From: a bacterium
GTDB taxonomy: Bacteria > Myxococcota_A > Bradymonadia > REDH01
Assembly (NCBI GenBank): GCA_030427825.1
Contig: JAUICO010000001.1
Location: 30,293-94,292 of the forward strand
Direction: 5' to 3'
Length of the DNA stretch: 64,000 nucleotides
A program made the translations under genes and the position numbers. Shown one piece after another: positions 1 to 10,229 of this stretch (position 1 is its first letter; each line of letters begins with the position of its first letter). The notes under the pieces were generated by a model, which saw nothing but the letters and a program-made list of their open reading frames with translations, did not search any database and was not told where the DNA came from.

Positions 1-1760
1 ATGGCCTGAGTGAAGTAGACGGCGTCTGCACTGCGGACGTATGCTTTTCGCTCGTTGTAATCGAGCTTGTGCACTTCGTAGAGCCGGGCGTCGTGCTGAT
101 AGATCGCGTTCTGATGTACGGTCTTGTGAGCGGCTACGAAGTCGATCTCGCCGAGTATCTTCGACTTCTTCCTGGTGGTGTCGATGATGACAAAGTTCTC
201 GTCCGCGATGTCTCGAATGTTCACAGTGGTCGCGGGATAGTCGTCACGATTGGACCAGTGCCACGCATCTCGGCTGAGTTGTATGAGTCCGGTCTCTTCG
301 GCCAGCCACTCCAGTACTTCCTGGGTGTCACTGACCGAGAAGTCGCCGAAATGTTCGCTGGTGCGGATCGACGACTCGTACACAGCACACTTCAGGTGTT
401 CGGCGAGGATGCGCAGATTGTTTGCATCGATGCGCGCGTGCTCGGGCGATGCTCCGAAGAAGTAGTCCGGGTTGTTTACGATGTATTGATCCACGGGCTG
501 GTCAGCTGCGATCAGCACGGTCAGGGCGGTACGTTGTCGGCGGCCGGCGCGTCCTGCTCGCTGCCATGTCGAGGCGATAGAGCCCGGGTAGCCGGCGAGG
601 ATGCAGGCGTCGAGGCCACCGATGTCGATGCCGAGCTCCAGCGCGTTTGTGGAGACGACGCCGAGAATTTCTCCTTCACGGAGTGACTTTTCGATTCGGC
701 GACGTTCGTTGGGCAGGTAGCCTCCGCGGTAGCCGGTGATGCGCCCGGCCAGACGCCTGTCGCGCTTGCTTTCGAAGGTCTCCTTCAGACGCCGAGTGAG
801 GATCTCGACGCCCTTGCGCGAGCGCACAAAAACGATGGTGGCGTGTTCTTTGCGGAGCAGGCGCGTCACCATTCGGTGCGCGGCTCCTCCCGGGCTCTGC
901 CTGAGCTTCTTGTCCCGATCCATGATCGGCGGGTTGTACATCACGAAGAGTTTCTCGCCGGCCGGCGCGCCGTTGTTCGTGATCGCTGTTACCGGTCGGC
1001 CTACAAGTGAACCCGCCAGCTCACCGGGATTGGCGATCGTCGCCGAGGTGAAAACAAACACCGGGTCGCTGCCGTGGATCGCGCAAATGCGTTGAAGGCG
1101 ACGAAATATGTTTGCGACGTGTGAGCCGAACACACCGCGGTACATGTGCATCTCGTCGACAACCACGTAGCGAAGCGAGGCGAAGAGTCGGCGCCACTTC
1201 TCGTGATGCGGAAGTATCGCCGCGTGCAGCATGTCCGGGTTGGACAGGATCGCTCGGCCCGACTGGCGTACTCGGCGTCGAATGTCCGCCGGTGTGTCGC
1301 CGTCGTAGACCCGGGCCTCCTCCGAGACGCCGGCGGCATCAAGAAGCGCGTTCAGCTCCGCGCATTGATCCTGCGCGAGCGCCTTGGTTGGATACAGGTA
1401 GAGCGCGCATCCCGCCTCGTCGCCGGCGAGCATCGACACAATCGGCGCGTTGTAACAGAGCGTCTTCCCGGAGGCTGTCGGCGTGACCACGACCGTATCG
1501 CGCCCCTGCCCCACGGAATCCCACGCGGCCGCCTGGTGTGAATAGGGGCGCTCGACGCCGCGCGCCGCCATGGCGTCCCGAAGGCCGCTGTCGATCCAAT
1601 CCGGCCACTCGCCGTGGACCGCCTCTCGCGCCTCGATGCGGCGCATTGATGTGACGGATTTCGTCGTCTTTGCCGAACGCTGCAGGCGCTCAACAAAGCG
1701 TTCGATGGAGGCGTTCTCGCGCGTCTCGCGTGTTCTGGGCTTGAAGCCGAAGGCTGCCAT
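1..1760 (-). CDS. DEAD/DEAH (DExH)-box ATP-dependent helicase, YprA/MrfA-like; partial, C-terminus lies beyond the window start
   Basis: My own reverse-strand translation is open from 1760 to the window edge, which is why the ORF track does not list it. Motif I TPTASGKT, motif II VVDEMH (DExH), motif III FTSAT, motif V TNALELGIDIGGLD, motif VI QRAGRAGR. An in-frame stop at 1878-1880 bounds it upstream. Start could be the ATG at 1760 or at 1646. Confidence 0.75.
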   Translation of the reverse strand, partial: MAAFGFKPRTRETRENASIERFVERLQRSAKTTKSVTSMRRIEAREAVHGEWPDWIDSGLRDAMAARGVERPYSHQAAAWDSVGQGRDTVVVTPTASGKTLCYNAPIVSMLAGDEAGCALYLYPTKALAQDQCAELNALLDAAGVSEEARVYDGDTPADIRRRVRQSGRAILSNPDMLHAAILPHHEKWRRLFASLRYVVVDEMHMYRGVFGSHVANIFRRLQRICAIHGSDPVFVFTSATIANPGELAGSLVGRPVTAITNNGAPAGEKLFVMYNPPIMDRDKKLRQSPGGAAHRMVTRLLRKEHATIVFVRSRKGVEILTRRLKETFESKRDRRLAGRITGYRGGYLPNERRRIEKSLREGEILGVVSTNALELGIDIGGLDACILAGYPGSIASTWQRAGRAGRRQRTALTVLIAADQPVDQYIVNNPDYFFGASPEHARIDANNLRILAEHLKCAVYESSIRTSEHFGDFSVSDTQEVLEWLAEETGLIQLSRDAWHWSNRDDYPATTVNIRDIADENFVIIDTTRKKSKILGEIDFVAAHKTVHQNAIYQHDARLYEVHKLDYNERKAYVRSADAVYFTQA

Positions 1761-1877
1761 CTGCCGGCTCCGGGTCGGGCTGAGCGGTAGGACTTCATGT
1801 CCTGTCGCACAGCGGAGCACCGAGAACAAGTGTTCAGCTACGCTGCTGATCTGTCGCCGGGCTGGACCGACCTGATG

Positions 1878-2561
1878 CTACTGCCGGCTCTCCGCATGCC
1901 GAATGTCCTTTCCTTCGACCAGGTAGATCACCTGTTCGGAGAGATTTGTGACGTGGTCGGCCATTCGCTCAAGATACTTGGCGATCGACTGCACATCGAT
2001 GCCGCGTTTCACGGAGTCGTGGTTCTCGTACATGACCTCAAGCACGTCCTTGAAGACAAGCGCGTAGAGCTCATCGACCGTGTCATCCATGTCGATGACA
2101 GCGCGCGCCTTGTCGGTGTCCCGCTCGAGGAAGGCTTCCATCGTCATCGTGAGCATTTCACGAACCGCGTCGCCCATCTTCGGGATGTCGATGTACGGGC
2201 GTAGCTGCGGTTGCTTCTTCAGGCTGATCGTGCGCTCTGCGACATTGACCGCGAGATCGCCGATGCGCTCAAGGTCCGTCACCATCTTCATTGCGGTTGT
2301 GATGAAGCGCAGGTCAGAGGCCATCGGCTGCCGGCGGGCGAGGATGAGCATGCACAGCTCGTCGGTCTCCATCTCGTCGCGATTGACCTCGCGATCCGCA
2401 AGGATGACCTCAGCGGCACGCTCGTTGTCGCGCTCAAGCAGGGCGTTGATCGCAGCCGCCGTCATGTCGTTGACGCGCTCGGCCATGATGATGATGCGGC
2501 GGCGGAGCTCCTGCAGCTCCTGCTCGAACTCTTCGCTGGTTCTTCGAGAGTGGTCGCTCAT
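1878..2561 (-). CDS. phoU: phosphate signalling complex protein PhoU
   Basis: 227 aa with two PhoU repeats and the typical acidic helical sequence ([12 protein letters not shown]... [16 protein letters not shown]). 4-nt overlap with pstB. Confidence 0.9.
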   Translation of the reverse strand: MSDHSRRTSEEFEQELQELRRRIIIMAERVNDMTAAAINALLERDNERAAEVILADREVNRDEMETDELCMLILARRQPMASDLRFITTAMKMVTDLERIGDLAVNVAERTISLKKQPQLRPYIDIPKMGDAVREMLTMTMEAFLERDTDKARAVIDMDDTVDELYALVFKDVLEVMYENHDSVKRGIDVQSIAKYLERMADHVTNLSEQVIYLVEGKDIRHAESRQ

Positions 2562-3460
2562 CCGAACTTCCCTGTGATGTAGTCTTCGGTGCGTGTGTCT
2601 TTGGGCGCGGTGAAAATGCGGTCGGTGTTCGTGATTTCGACCAGCTCGCCCATCAGGAAGAACGCGGTTCGGTCAGAGCAGCGCGCCGCCTGCTGCATGT
2701 TGTGTGTCACGATCACAACCGTGTAGTCTGCGCGCAGCTTGGCGATGAGGTCTTCGATACGAGCTGTCGCCACGGGGTCGAGCGCAGAACAGGGCTCGTC
2801 CATGAGAATCACATCGGGCTTTACGGCGATGGTGCGCGCGATGCAGAGACGCTGCTGCTGCCCGCCCGACAGGCTCATGCCCGGTTCGTCGAGCTTGTCC
2901 TTCACCTCGTCCCAGAGAGCGGCTTCCTTCAGGGAGCTCTCTACGATTGTGTTGGCCTCGCTGCCGGACAGGCGCCCGGTCAGAGTGAGTCCGGCGAGCA
3001 CATTCTGCCGAATGGACATCGTGGGGAATGGGTTTGGTTTCTGAAACACCATCCCAATTTTTCGCCGCAGGAGCACCGGATCCACCGAGCTCGAGTACAC
3101 GTTGTTGCCGGCGAACTGCACGTCACCCTTTGCGTAGGCAGACGGAACGAGCTCGTGCATTCGGTTGATGCAGCGAATGAAGGTTGACTTGCCGCAGCCC
3201 GAGGGACCGATGATCGCGGTCACCTCGTTGGCGTGAATGTCCATCGAGACACCCTTCAGCACCTCTTTTGTGCCATAGCCGGCGCGCAGACCTCGGACGC
3301 TGATCTCTGTCGGCCGTGGCTCTTCATCGGTGTCGCCTGTCAGGGGCGTTCGCATGCGGTCCCGGGCGTCAAGGTGGTCGTCGGACTCAGGGTATCCTGA
3401 CGATGCGTATACGTCCATGCGCTGCTCCGTTTCAGTCGGCGTGTTCAGGTTCATGTTCAT
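2558..3460 (-). CDS. pstB: phosphate ABC transporter ATP-binding protein PstB
   Basis: Walker [13 protein letters not shown] signature [16 protein letters not shown], Walker [16 protein letters not shown] start/stop overlap with pstA supports a start at 3460, although the N-terminal extension is about 45 aa longer than typical PstB. Confidence 0.9.
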   Translation of the reverse strand: MNMNLNTPTETEQRMDVYASSGYPESDDHLDARDRMRTPLTGDTDEEPRPTEISVRGLRAGYGTKEVLKGVSMDIHANEVTAIIGPSGCGKSTFIRCINRMHELVPSAYAKGDVQFAGNNVYSSSVDPVLLRRKIGMVFQKPNPFPTMSIRQNVLAGLTLTGRLSGSEANTIVESSLKEAALWDEVKDKLDEPGMSLSGGQQQRLCIARTIAVKPDVILMDEPCSALDPVATARIEDLIAKLRADYTVVIVTHNMQQAARCSDRTAFFLMGELVEITNTDRIFTAPKDTRTEDYITGKFG

Positions 3461-4356
3461 CGAAGTCGTCGCTCAAGTCGGTTGCGAAGGAGGACGGCGA
3501 TCAGGTTCAGGCTGAACACCGTCACCAGCAGGACGATGATGCCTGCGGCTGCGTTCACGGCGAACTCTTCCTGAGGCCGCGAGACCCAGTTGAAGATCTG
3601 AATCGGCAGCGCTGTGAACTCTGAGCTGAGGTTGTTCGGGACGAAGGTCACGTAGGTGAGCGCGCCGATTACGATGATCGGCGCGGTCTCGCCGATCGCG
3701 CGTGAAATCGCCAGGATGGCGCCCGTGAGAATTCCGGGCGCTGCGCTCGGCAGTACGATGCGCCGCGAGACCTGCCAGCGTGTCGCGCCGAGTCCGTAGG
3801 CGGCCTCCCGCAGATGCCGCGGCACCGTCCGGATCGCTTCTCTGGACGCGATAATCACGACCGGCAGAACGAGCAGCGCCAGGGTCGCGCCGCCGGCGAG
3901 CAGGCTGCGTCCCATGCCGACCACACGCACAAAGATCTGCAGGCCCAGCAGGCCGTAGATCACAGAGGGCACGCCGGCGAGGTTCGCCACGTTGATCTCG
4001 ATAACGGTCGCGAAGTAGCGGTCCCAGACCCTGGCCGCGCGTGCCGCGAGGCTGTCACCGACGGTTTCCTGACCGGCGTACTCTTCCAGGTAGAGGGCCG
4101 CGCCAACGCCGATCGGGATCGCCAACGACGCTGTCAGCACCACCAGCATGATGCTGCCGACCAGGCCGGGCAGAATGCCGGCGCGGGACGCGAAACGTGA
4201 GGGGTAGCTGGAGAGAAACTGGCCGTTGAGGCGACCGATGCCGTCTGCGACGACATCGCCGATCAGCAGGGCCAGCAGCCCCAGGGGGATGACGACGGCG
4301 ACGAGACACGCGTTGCGAAACAGGGTCTCGCGCCAGGTTGAGCGTTTTTCCTGCAT
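3457..4356 (-). CDS. pstA: phosphate ABC transporter permease PstA
   Basis: 299-aa polytopic membrane protein of the PstA/PstC permease family. Position between pstC and pstB. Confidence 0.85.
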   Translation of the reverse strand: MQEKRSTWRETLFRNACLVAVVIPLGLLALLIGDVVADGIGRLNGQFLSSYPSRFASRAGILPGLVGSIMLVVLTASLAIPIGVGAALYLEEYAGQETVGDSLAARAARVWDRYFATVIEINVANLAGVPSVIYGLLGLQIFVRVVGMGRSLLAGGATLALLVLPVVIIASREAIRTVPRHLREAAYGLGATRWQVSRRIVLPSAAPGILTGAILAISRAIGETAPIIVIGALTYVTFVPNNLSSEFTALPIQIFNWVSRPQEEFAVNAAAGIIVLLVTVFSLNLIAVLLRNRLERRLR

Positions 4357-4357
4357 G

Positions 4358-5287
4358 CTATTCGAGCCCCCGGAAGCGTTTTGCCAGTCGCTGCGAGACC
4401 AGGTTTGTCAGGAAGGTCATCACAAAGAGCGCGAAGCCGACCGCGAATATGGTCCGGTACTCGATGGTTCCGGTGGGCGTGTCTCCCATGCTGACCTGCA
4501 CGATGTAGGTCGTCATGGTCATCACAGACTCACGCGGGTCGATGGTCAGGTTGGCCTGCTGACCTGCAGCGATGACCACGATCATGGTCTCGCCGATCGC
4601 CCGGGAGAAGCCGAGGATTACCGCCGCGGCGATCCCGGAGAAGGCAGAGGGCAGGGTCACCCGCAGTATGGTCGAGGTCTTCGAAGCGCCGAGCCCGTAT
4701 GCGGCCTCACGCACCTTGCCGGGCACGGCGTGCAGGGCGTCTTCACTGACGGACGCAATCGTCGGCAGAATCATGATGCCCATCACGATGCCCGGTGCGA
4801 GGGCGTTGAACCCGCCCAGGCCAGGAACAAACTTCTGCAGAATCGGCGTGACCGTGATCAGCGCGAAATAGCCGTACACAACCGTGGGTACACCGGCGAG
4901 AATCTCAATCGCCGGCTTCAGAATCGAGCGCGCTCGGGTGCTCGCAAACTCGCTGAGGTACACGGCCGCCAGAATGCCCAGCGGAAGCGCCACACACATC
5001 GCTACGAGAGACACCAACAGGGTGCCTCCCACGAGGGGCCAGATGCCGAAGTGCGCGTCCGCAAACAGCGGCGTCCACTGGGTGTCAAACAGGAAGTCCC
5101 TGATGGGGACTTCACCGAAGAACTGTATGGTCTGGCTGACCAGAACATACAGGATGCCGACGGTAGTGAAGATCGAGACCAGCGCGCAGATGCGCAGCGA
5201 GTTCTCGATCACGGTCTCGCCGAGGCGTGGCTTACGAGAGAGGTCTACGACCGTCCCGGGGGCGGGTGTCTGAGCTGTATCGCTCAT
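4358..5287 (-). CDS. pstC: phosphate ABC transporter permease PstC
   Basis: 309-aa polytopic permease. Only 1 nt separates it from the pstA start. Lies downstream of pstS. Confidence 0.85.
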   Translation of the reverse strand: MSDTAQTPAPGTVVDLSRKPRLGETVIENSLRICALVSIFTTVGILYVLVSQTIQFFGEVPIRDFLFDTQWTPLFADAHFGIWPLVGGTLLVSLVAMCVALPLGILAAVYLSEFASTRARSILKPAIEILAGVPTVVYGYFALITVTPILQKFVPGLGGFNALAPGIVMGIMILPTIASVSEDALHAVPGKVREAAYGLGASKTSTILRVTLPSAFSGIAAAVILGFSRAIGETMIVVIAAGQQANLTIDPRESVMTMTTYIVQVSMGDTPTGTIEYRTIFAVGFALFVMTFLTNLVSQRLAKRFRGLE

Positions 5288-5354
5288 CTTGTTTGCAGCT
5301 CTCGAGCAGGGGAATCGAAACCGGGAGTATCAGCGGTCGCGACGGGGGCGACTC

Positions 5355-6353
5355 TCAGTTGCCGCGCAGCAGATCTTCAGCCGACACACCGACGCGCGAT
5401 CCACCGCCGCCGAACACCGAACCCGTAGTGCCCGCGTCGAAGCGCTGAGTGGCCAGGTCATAGGTGGAGTCCGGGAGCGGAATGTAGCCGACTTCGCGGA
5501 CGAGTGAACGGCCCTCACGCAGGTAGAAGTGGACGAAGTCCTTGATCTCCTGTCGCTCGGCGGCGGCCTTGTTGATGTAGATGAAGATCGGTCGTGAGAG
5601 CGGCTGGTAGGTTGAGTTCGCCACGGTCTCAGGGCTCGGTTCGATGGGGCCGGCGCCGTTCGTCGCGTCTCCGTCTTCGATGGGGATCACGCGAAGGCGG
5701 TCGCGGTTGGCCTCATAGTAGGCGTAGCCGAAGAAGCCGAGCGCGTTCTCGTCTGTCGCCACACCCTGCACGATGACGTTGTCATCTTCGCTTGAGGTGA
5801 AGTCGCCGCGGCTTGCGTGCTCTTCGCCGACGATGGCCTTTGTGAAGTAGTCGTAGGTTCCGGAGTCGACGCCGGGACCAAAGAGGTTCAGCGGCTGTGA
5901 AGGGAATGTGGGGCGAATCTGGTTCCAGTTCGTGATGGTGCGCTGAGCAGCGGGCTCCCACATGCGCTTCAGCTCGTCGACGGTCAGGTAGTCGACGAAG
6001 GAGTTGCTCGCGTGGACGACGACAGCCAGGCCATCATAGGCGACAGGAACCTCGATGAACTCGATACCCGCCTCGGCACATGCCGAGACCTCTGTCGGCT
6101 TGATCGGGCGCGACGCGCCGGTGATGTCGACCTCGGCGGCGCAGAATTTCTGCATGCCACCGCCGGTGCCGGATACTCCGATCGTGACCCGCGCCACCGA
6201 CGAGCCGAACTCTTCGGCGACCGCTTCGGTGATGGGGAAGACGGTGCTGGAGCCGTCAATGCTGATGGTCTTGACGTCCTTGCCTTTGCACCCAACGGCG
6301 AAGCCGACGAGGGCGATAGCGGTGATGATGATGGTGAGAATTCGCTTATTCAT
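5355..6353 (-). CDS. pstS: phosphate-binding protein PstS (lipoprotein)
   Basis: Signal peptide with lipobox (LVGFAVGC). Periplasmic phosphate-binding fold motifs (SGTGGG, DGSST). First gene of the pstSCAB-phoU block. Confidence 0.85.
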   Translation of the reverse strand: MNKRILTIIITAIALVGFAVGCKGKDVKTISIDGSSTVFPITEAVAEEFGSSVARVTIGVSGTGGGMQKFCAAEVDITGASRPIKPTEVSACAEAGIEFIEVPVAYDGLAVVVHASNSFVDYLTVDELKRMWEPAAQRTITNWNQIRPTFPSQPLNLFGPGVDSGTYDYFTKAIVGEEHASRGDFTSSEDDNVIVQGVATDENALGFFGYAYYEANRDRLRVIPIEDGDATNGAGPIEPSPETVANSTYQPLSRPIFIYINKAAAERQEIKDFVHFYLREGRSLVREVGYIPLPDSTYDLATQRFDAGTTGSVFGGGGSRVGVSAEDLLRGN

Positions 6354-6457
6354 GTTTGTTCTCGTTGTTCCCGGAATGGGTGGTGGTTGAGTGATCGGTT
6401 GATGGTGTTTGTGTTTGCGATTGTGATTGAGCGCCGAGGCGTCGTGAGAGGACCGGT

Positions 6458-7588
6458 TCAGAATCCGACCTGAATCTGTGAGCGGGCCTGAACGTTGACG
6501 AGGGCGTCAGAGTCCGGCCCCTGACCTTCGATGCTTGTCGTGATGTCCGACTGCCACTTTACGTTGTGGCCGCGGAAGTAGACCGAGAGTCCGGCGCCGA
6601 TGTCGTGCATGGAGTCACCCTCGCCCACATCGGAGTCCAGGGTCGGGTTCCGGTACGAGTAGCGAAGCACGGGCTGGATGCGGCCGGTGACGAAGTATCC
6701 GGCGTCAACAAAGGCGCTCATGCGCATCCCCTCGGAGCCGTAGCTGAAGGGGTCTTCGTCCGTCTGGTCCATGCCGAAGAAGAAGGCTCCGTTCAGTGAA
6801 AAGCCGCCGGTCTTGAGGATGGCATCGACAGTGAGCGCTGTGCGTCCGGTGTTGTCCGTCATCGCGGCGGCCGGGTCGGTGTCGTACAGCGTGGTGAAGA
6901 GACCGAGGCCAACGCCGAGCTGCAGCTCGCTGTCACGGTTGAATGCAGGCTCGTCGTCGAAACGGATTCCGTTGATACCGTAGCCGAAGCGGGCGGCGAG
7001 GACCGGCTCGAATTCTTCGCCCGCGTTGTACACACCGAAGGCGTATTGGAAGTCGCTCGACTTGCCGAAGTCGTTGTGAATCATGATGCCCAGGTTGCGG
7101 TCCGCGCCGTAGTCGCGGAACGCGGCTTCTGCGCTGGAGCGATCGACATGCTGAAGGCGCGACGACGAGTTCAGGGTCTGCCGCGCGAAGGGCATGTGAA
7201 ACTGCCCGACTCGTACGTGCAGGCCGCACTCCGACTCGTAGTCAAAGTAGAAGTCCTTGAGGCCGATCTTGTCGATGTCGAAGTTCATCTGGATCGTGTA
7301 CCGAAGCTCTGGGCGGTACACATGCCCTGAGAACTTGAGGCGGGCTCGACGCAGGTCGAATTGCCAGTCGTTCTCGCGGCTCTCGTCGGCCCCCCGGTCT
7401 TCGCTGTCGATGACAAGGCGAAACTGAAAGTTCGAGTTGACGCGCAGCGCGAAGTCGCCGTCGTTAGATTGGACACGGAACCCGCTGTCGTAGAGGGCCA
7501 CTCCTTCATGCGGTTCTCCGGCAAGGGCCGAAGTCGCCGTGCAGATTAGAAGAGCGGCAGTGAGGGACGCTATACGAAATCGATTCAT
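6458..7588 (-). CDS. phosphate-selective porin, OprO/OprP family
   Basis: 376 aa with N-terminal signal peptide and the alternating beta-strand pattern of a porin ([16 protein letters not shown]). Placement directly upstream of pstS is typical of phosphate-specific porins. Confidence 0.75.
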   Translation of the reverse strand: MNRFRIASLTAALLICTATSALAGEPHEGVALYDSGFRVQSNDGDFALRVNSNFQFRLVIDSEDRGADESRENDWQFDLRRARLKFSGHVYRPELRYTIQMNFDIDKIGLKDFYFDYESECGLHVRVGQFHMPFARQTLNSSSRLQHVDRSSAEAAFRDYGADRNLGIMIHNDFGKSSDFQYAFGVYNAGEEFEPVLAARFGYGINGIRFDDEPAFNRDSELQLGVGLGLFTTLYDTDPAAAMTDNTGRTALTVDAILKTGGFSLNGAFFFGMDQTDEDPFSYGSEGMRMSAFVDAGYFVTGRIQPVLRYSYRNPTLDSDVGEGDSMHDIGAGLSVYFRGHNVKWQSDITTSIEGQGPDSDALVNVQARSQIQVGF

Positions 7589-7638
7589 GTCGATTCAACT
7601 CCACATGTGTTGAAGTATTGATGACGAAGGTCACCAAC

Positions 7639-7702
7639 CTGTGTCGTGCGTGTCTCCTGGCCCCCGATTGTGACAATTGTGTGTCTGTTCTGAAAACATC
7701 TG
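7639..7702. promoter_or_regulatory. candidate Pho-box-like direct repeats in the divergent promoter region between the porin and the hydrolase operon
   Basis: ctgTGTCgtgcgTGTCtcc and tTGTGACAattgTGTGTCTgttcTGAAAAC: TGTCA/TGTGAC cores repeated at about 11-bp periodicity. On the porin strand they read TGTCACA, resembling the E. coli CTGTCAT half-site. A similar TTGTG-rich repeat (gTTTGTGTTTGCGATTGTGATTGag) lies upstream of pstS at 6354-6457. Confidence 0.25.
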
Positions 7703-7853
7703 CGCGCAGGAGAGATTTTTTCGCGGCATCAGGCCGGAATGTCGGATCGCGGGGCCTGTACGCTCCGCGGAGCCGATCCGGTTGTGCCCCTCAATCTCGC
7801 TCTTGTTCTCTCGATGCGAGCCATCGACGCGCTCTCTTTCCGGCGGTGCGCCG

Positions 7854-10229
7854 ATGTGGCAGTTTTGCCCTATGAATGAAGTGCACTTGATACTCCGACC
7901 GTCCTCGCTCGCCATTCTGCCCCTGCTTGCCGCGCTGCTCCTTGCTGCGGCGTGCGACGACGCGGTGGAAGATAAGGACGCGGGGGGTGACGTTGATGCG
8001 GTGGATGCGCCGATCGATATCGATCGGGAACCCGCGCCCACACATGACGGAATCTACGGCTTTGCTAACGGTTGCTACGCTGTTGAGGGTTTCAGCGGCT
8101 TCGCGGAGCCCTCCTTCCTGCAGGCCACGAGCGACGGTGAGGCGTACGAGTTTGCGGCGGAAGGCGCTGAGGATGGTGCGCGCTTTGTCATGCGGGCCTC
8201 AGATCTGGGCACCTATCTGCTCTACGACGCCGAAGAGCATTACTTCGTCGCGGACGCCGCAGCTGACGCCGATCCGGTTTTTCCCCGCCAGGCACGTCTC
8301 GATTCGGACCTTACTTTGATCGACAACGACTTCGTCTCGCCGGCGGAGTGGGTGCTCGAGGAATCTGAGCGCGATGCAGAGCGCTTTCAGCTGCGTCATC
8401 TTCAGACCGGCGACTACCTGACAGTGGATGGGCTCAGCGAGGACGTCACGCAGGCGGCGATCATCTCGTTCTTCGAGACCACAGATTGCGCTGTGTTCCC
8501 GGAGCTTACCGTCGACGCCACCGGCACCCCGGCGTCCGATCCCTGGCCTGACGGCGACGTGTTCGGAATCGCAGAGGTGCACTCGCACATGATGACCAAC
8601 TTCGGCTTCGGCGGCGGCGGCATCTTCCACGGCGCGCCTTTTCACCGGCTCGGCGTGGAACATGCGCTGCCGGACTGCGATATCTACCACGGCGAAGAAG
8701 GCAGGCGTGACATCGTCGGGTACTTTTACGAAGGCGACATCGGCTTCGACTTCGAAGCGCTGATCCCCATCATCGCCGATGCGGAGCTTCCGGAGTTCAA
8801 CCACCACACGGACGGCTATCCGACCTTTACGGACTGGCCGAGCTCCTGGGGCAGCACCACACATCAGGTGATGTACTACCGTTGGCTTGAGCGTGCCTGG
8901 ATGGCCGGGCTGCGGCTCAACGTACAGCTGGCTACCGGCAACTCGGTACTCTGTGATTTCGTCACCGGCATCGACGCACAGAAGACCCGCTATTCGTGCA
9001 ACGACATGGTAGGCGTCGACCGCACGATCGAGGAGTTTCGCAGCCTTGAGCGCTACGTCGACGCCCAATGGGGTGGCCCCGGCCGCGGTTGGTTCCGTAT
9101 CGTCGAGTCCCCTGCCGAAGCGCGTCAGGTCATCAACGAGGGCAAGCTGGCGATCATTCTCGGGATCGAGATTTCGAACCTCTTCGACTGCTTTCTCACT
9201 CCGCCCGCGGGGTTCCCGGTGTGTGACAACGATCAGGTCGTTGCGGCCCTGGATCGCTACCAGGAGCTCGGCGTAAGCGTCGTCTTTCCTGTACACAAAT
9301 ACGACAACGGCTTCGCACCGGGAGATGGCTCCGGAGGCATCATCGAGCTGGGCAACTTCATCAACAGCGGCCACTACTCGAACTTCGAGGAACCCTGCCC
9401 GAGCGACCTGTCCGGCTTCGACGGCGGCAACATCAGCTTCGCAGGCCTGAACCGGGTGCGTGAGGAGTACTTCTCGACACCGCCCTTTGACATGAGCCGT
9501 TTCGCCGATGACCCGATCCTGACGTTGCTGCCGGTGTTGGACGAGCTGCAGGCAGGCTCCGCCACGGGCGAATTCTGCCAGGCGGCGGGCATGACCGACC
9601 TCGGTGAGACTCTGATCCATGAGATGATGCTGCGGGGGATGCTGCCGGATATCGCCCATCTGCCTGAGCGGGCGGTGGCCCGTGCGTTAGAGATCCTCGA
9701 GGACAACAACTACCCGTCGCTGGCGACCCACGGTGGCAGCAGGGACGGCGGTTTGTACCGCGTCGACGGCATAAAGGGTGGCGACTTTGGCGGCTGCGGC
9801 AATCCAGACAATCCCGGGCGGATCGGCGCGCGGTACACCGCTGAAGTGGAGGCACGCGAGGCGGCAGGCATCTTCGGACCGGCTCCGCTCTCCTTTGACC
9901 TCAACGGCTTCGCGTTCGGTCGGCGCCCACGCTTCGGTGAAGACGGCGTCTGCGGCCCGGATCAGCAGAACCCGGTGGAGTGGCCCTTTACATCCTACGC
10001 GGGGGATGTGGAGTTTCAGCAACCACGGCTCGGCGAACGAGTCGTCGACTTCAACACCGAGGGCTTCGCGCACATCGGGTTGCTGCCCGAGCTCATCGAA
10101 GACGCGCGCCGCGACGGGATGAGCGACGAAGACCTGGAACCTCTCTTTCGCTCGGCGGAGTCATACATCCGAATGTGGGAGCGCGCCGAGACGCGTGCCG
10201 CAGAGCTGCGAGCCGAGGCTGCACAGTAA
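7854..10229 (+). CDS. large lipoprotein metallohydrolase, amidohydrolase superfamily, distantly M19 membrane-dipeptidase-like with long insertions
   Basis: Probable true start at MWQ (7854) or MNE (7872), followed by a signal peptide and lipobox LLLAAAC. The order of candidate metal-ligand motifs matches M19 dipeptidases: EVHSH, PVHKYD, LATHGGSRDGG, then the C-terminal VDFNTEG...LPELIEDARRDGMSDEDLEPLF, which is like the M19 C-terminus. At about 790 aa it is twice the usual M19 size. Confidence 0.45.
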   Translation: MWQFCPMNEVHLILRPSSLAILPLLAALLLAAACDDAVEDKDAGGDVDAVDAPIDIDREPAPTHDGIYGFANGCYAVEGFSGFAEPSFLQATSDGEAYEFAAEGAEDGARFVMRASDLGTYLLYDAEEHYFVADAAADADPVFPRQARLDSDLTLIDNDFVSPAEWVLEESERDAERFQLRHLQTGDYLTVDGLSEDVTQAAIISFFETTDCAVFPELTVDATGTPASDPWPDGDVFGIAEVHSHMMTNFGFGGGGIFHGAPFHRLGVEHALPDCDIYHGEEGRRDIVGYFYEGDIGFDFEALIPIIADAELPEFNHHTDGYPTFTDWPSSWGSTTHQVMYYRWLERAWMAGLRLNVQLATGNSVLCDFVTGIDAQKTRYSCNDMVGVDRTIEEFRSLERYVDAQWGGPGRGWFRIVESPAEARQVINEGKLAIILGIEISNLFDCFLTPPAGFPVCDNDQVVAALDRYQELGVSVVFPVHKYDNGFAPGDGSGGIIELGNFINSGHYSNFEEPCPSDLSGFDGGNISFAGLNRVREEYFSTPPFDMSRFADDPILTLLPVLDELQAGSATGEFCQAAGMTDLGETLIHEMMLRGMLPDIAHLPERAVARALEILEDNNYPSLATHGGSRDGGLYRVDGIKGGDFGGCGNPDNPGRIGARYTAEVEAREAAGIFGPAPLSFDLNGFAFGRRPRFGEDGVCGPDQQNPVEWPFTSYAGDVEFQQPRLGERVVDFNTEGFAHIGLLPELIEDARRDGMSDEDLEPLFRSAESYIRMWERAETRAAELRAEAAQ

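Noticed and set aside
69-1541. Plus-strand ORFs 69..686, 736..1095, 1112..1486 and 1146..1541
   Set aside because: They lie antisense to the well-supported DExH helicase reading frame, have Arg/Ala-rich compositions typical of wrong-frame high-GC translation, and show no motifs.
7677-7853. N-terminal 59 residues of the ORF-track call for the hydrolase
   Set aside because: They precede the signal peptide and would place it internally. That region also holds the candidate Pho-box repeats, so it is more likely promoter/5'-UTR.
8199-9659. 486-aa minus-strand ORF inside the hydrolase gene
   Set aside because: Antisense to a gene with signal peptide and family motifs. Low-complexity Arg/Ala/Val-rich product. 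High-GC artefact.
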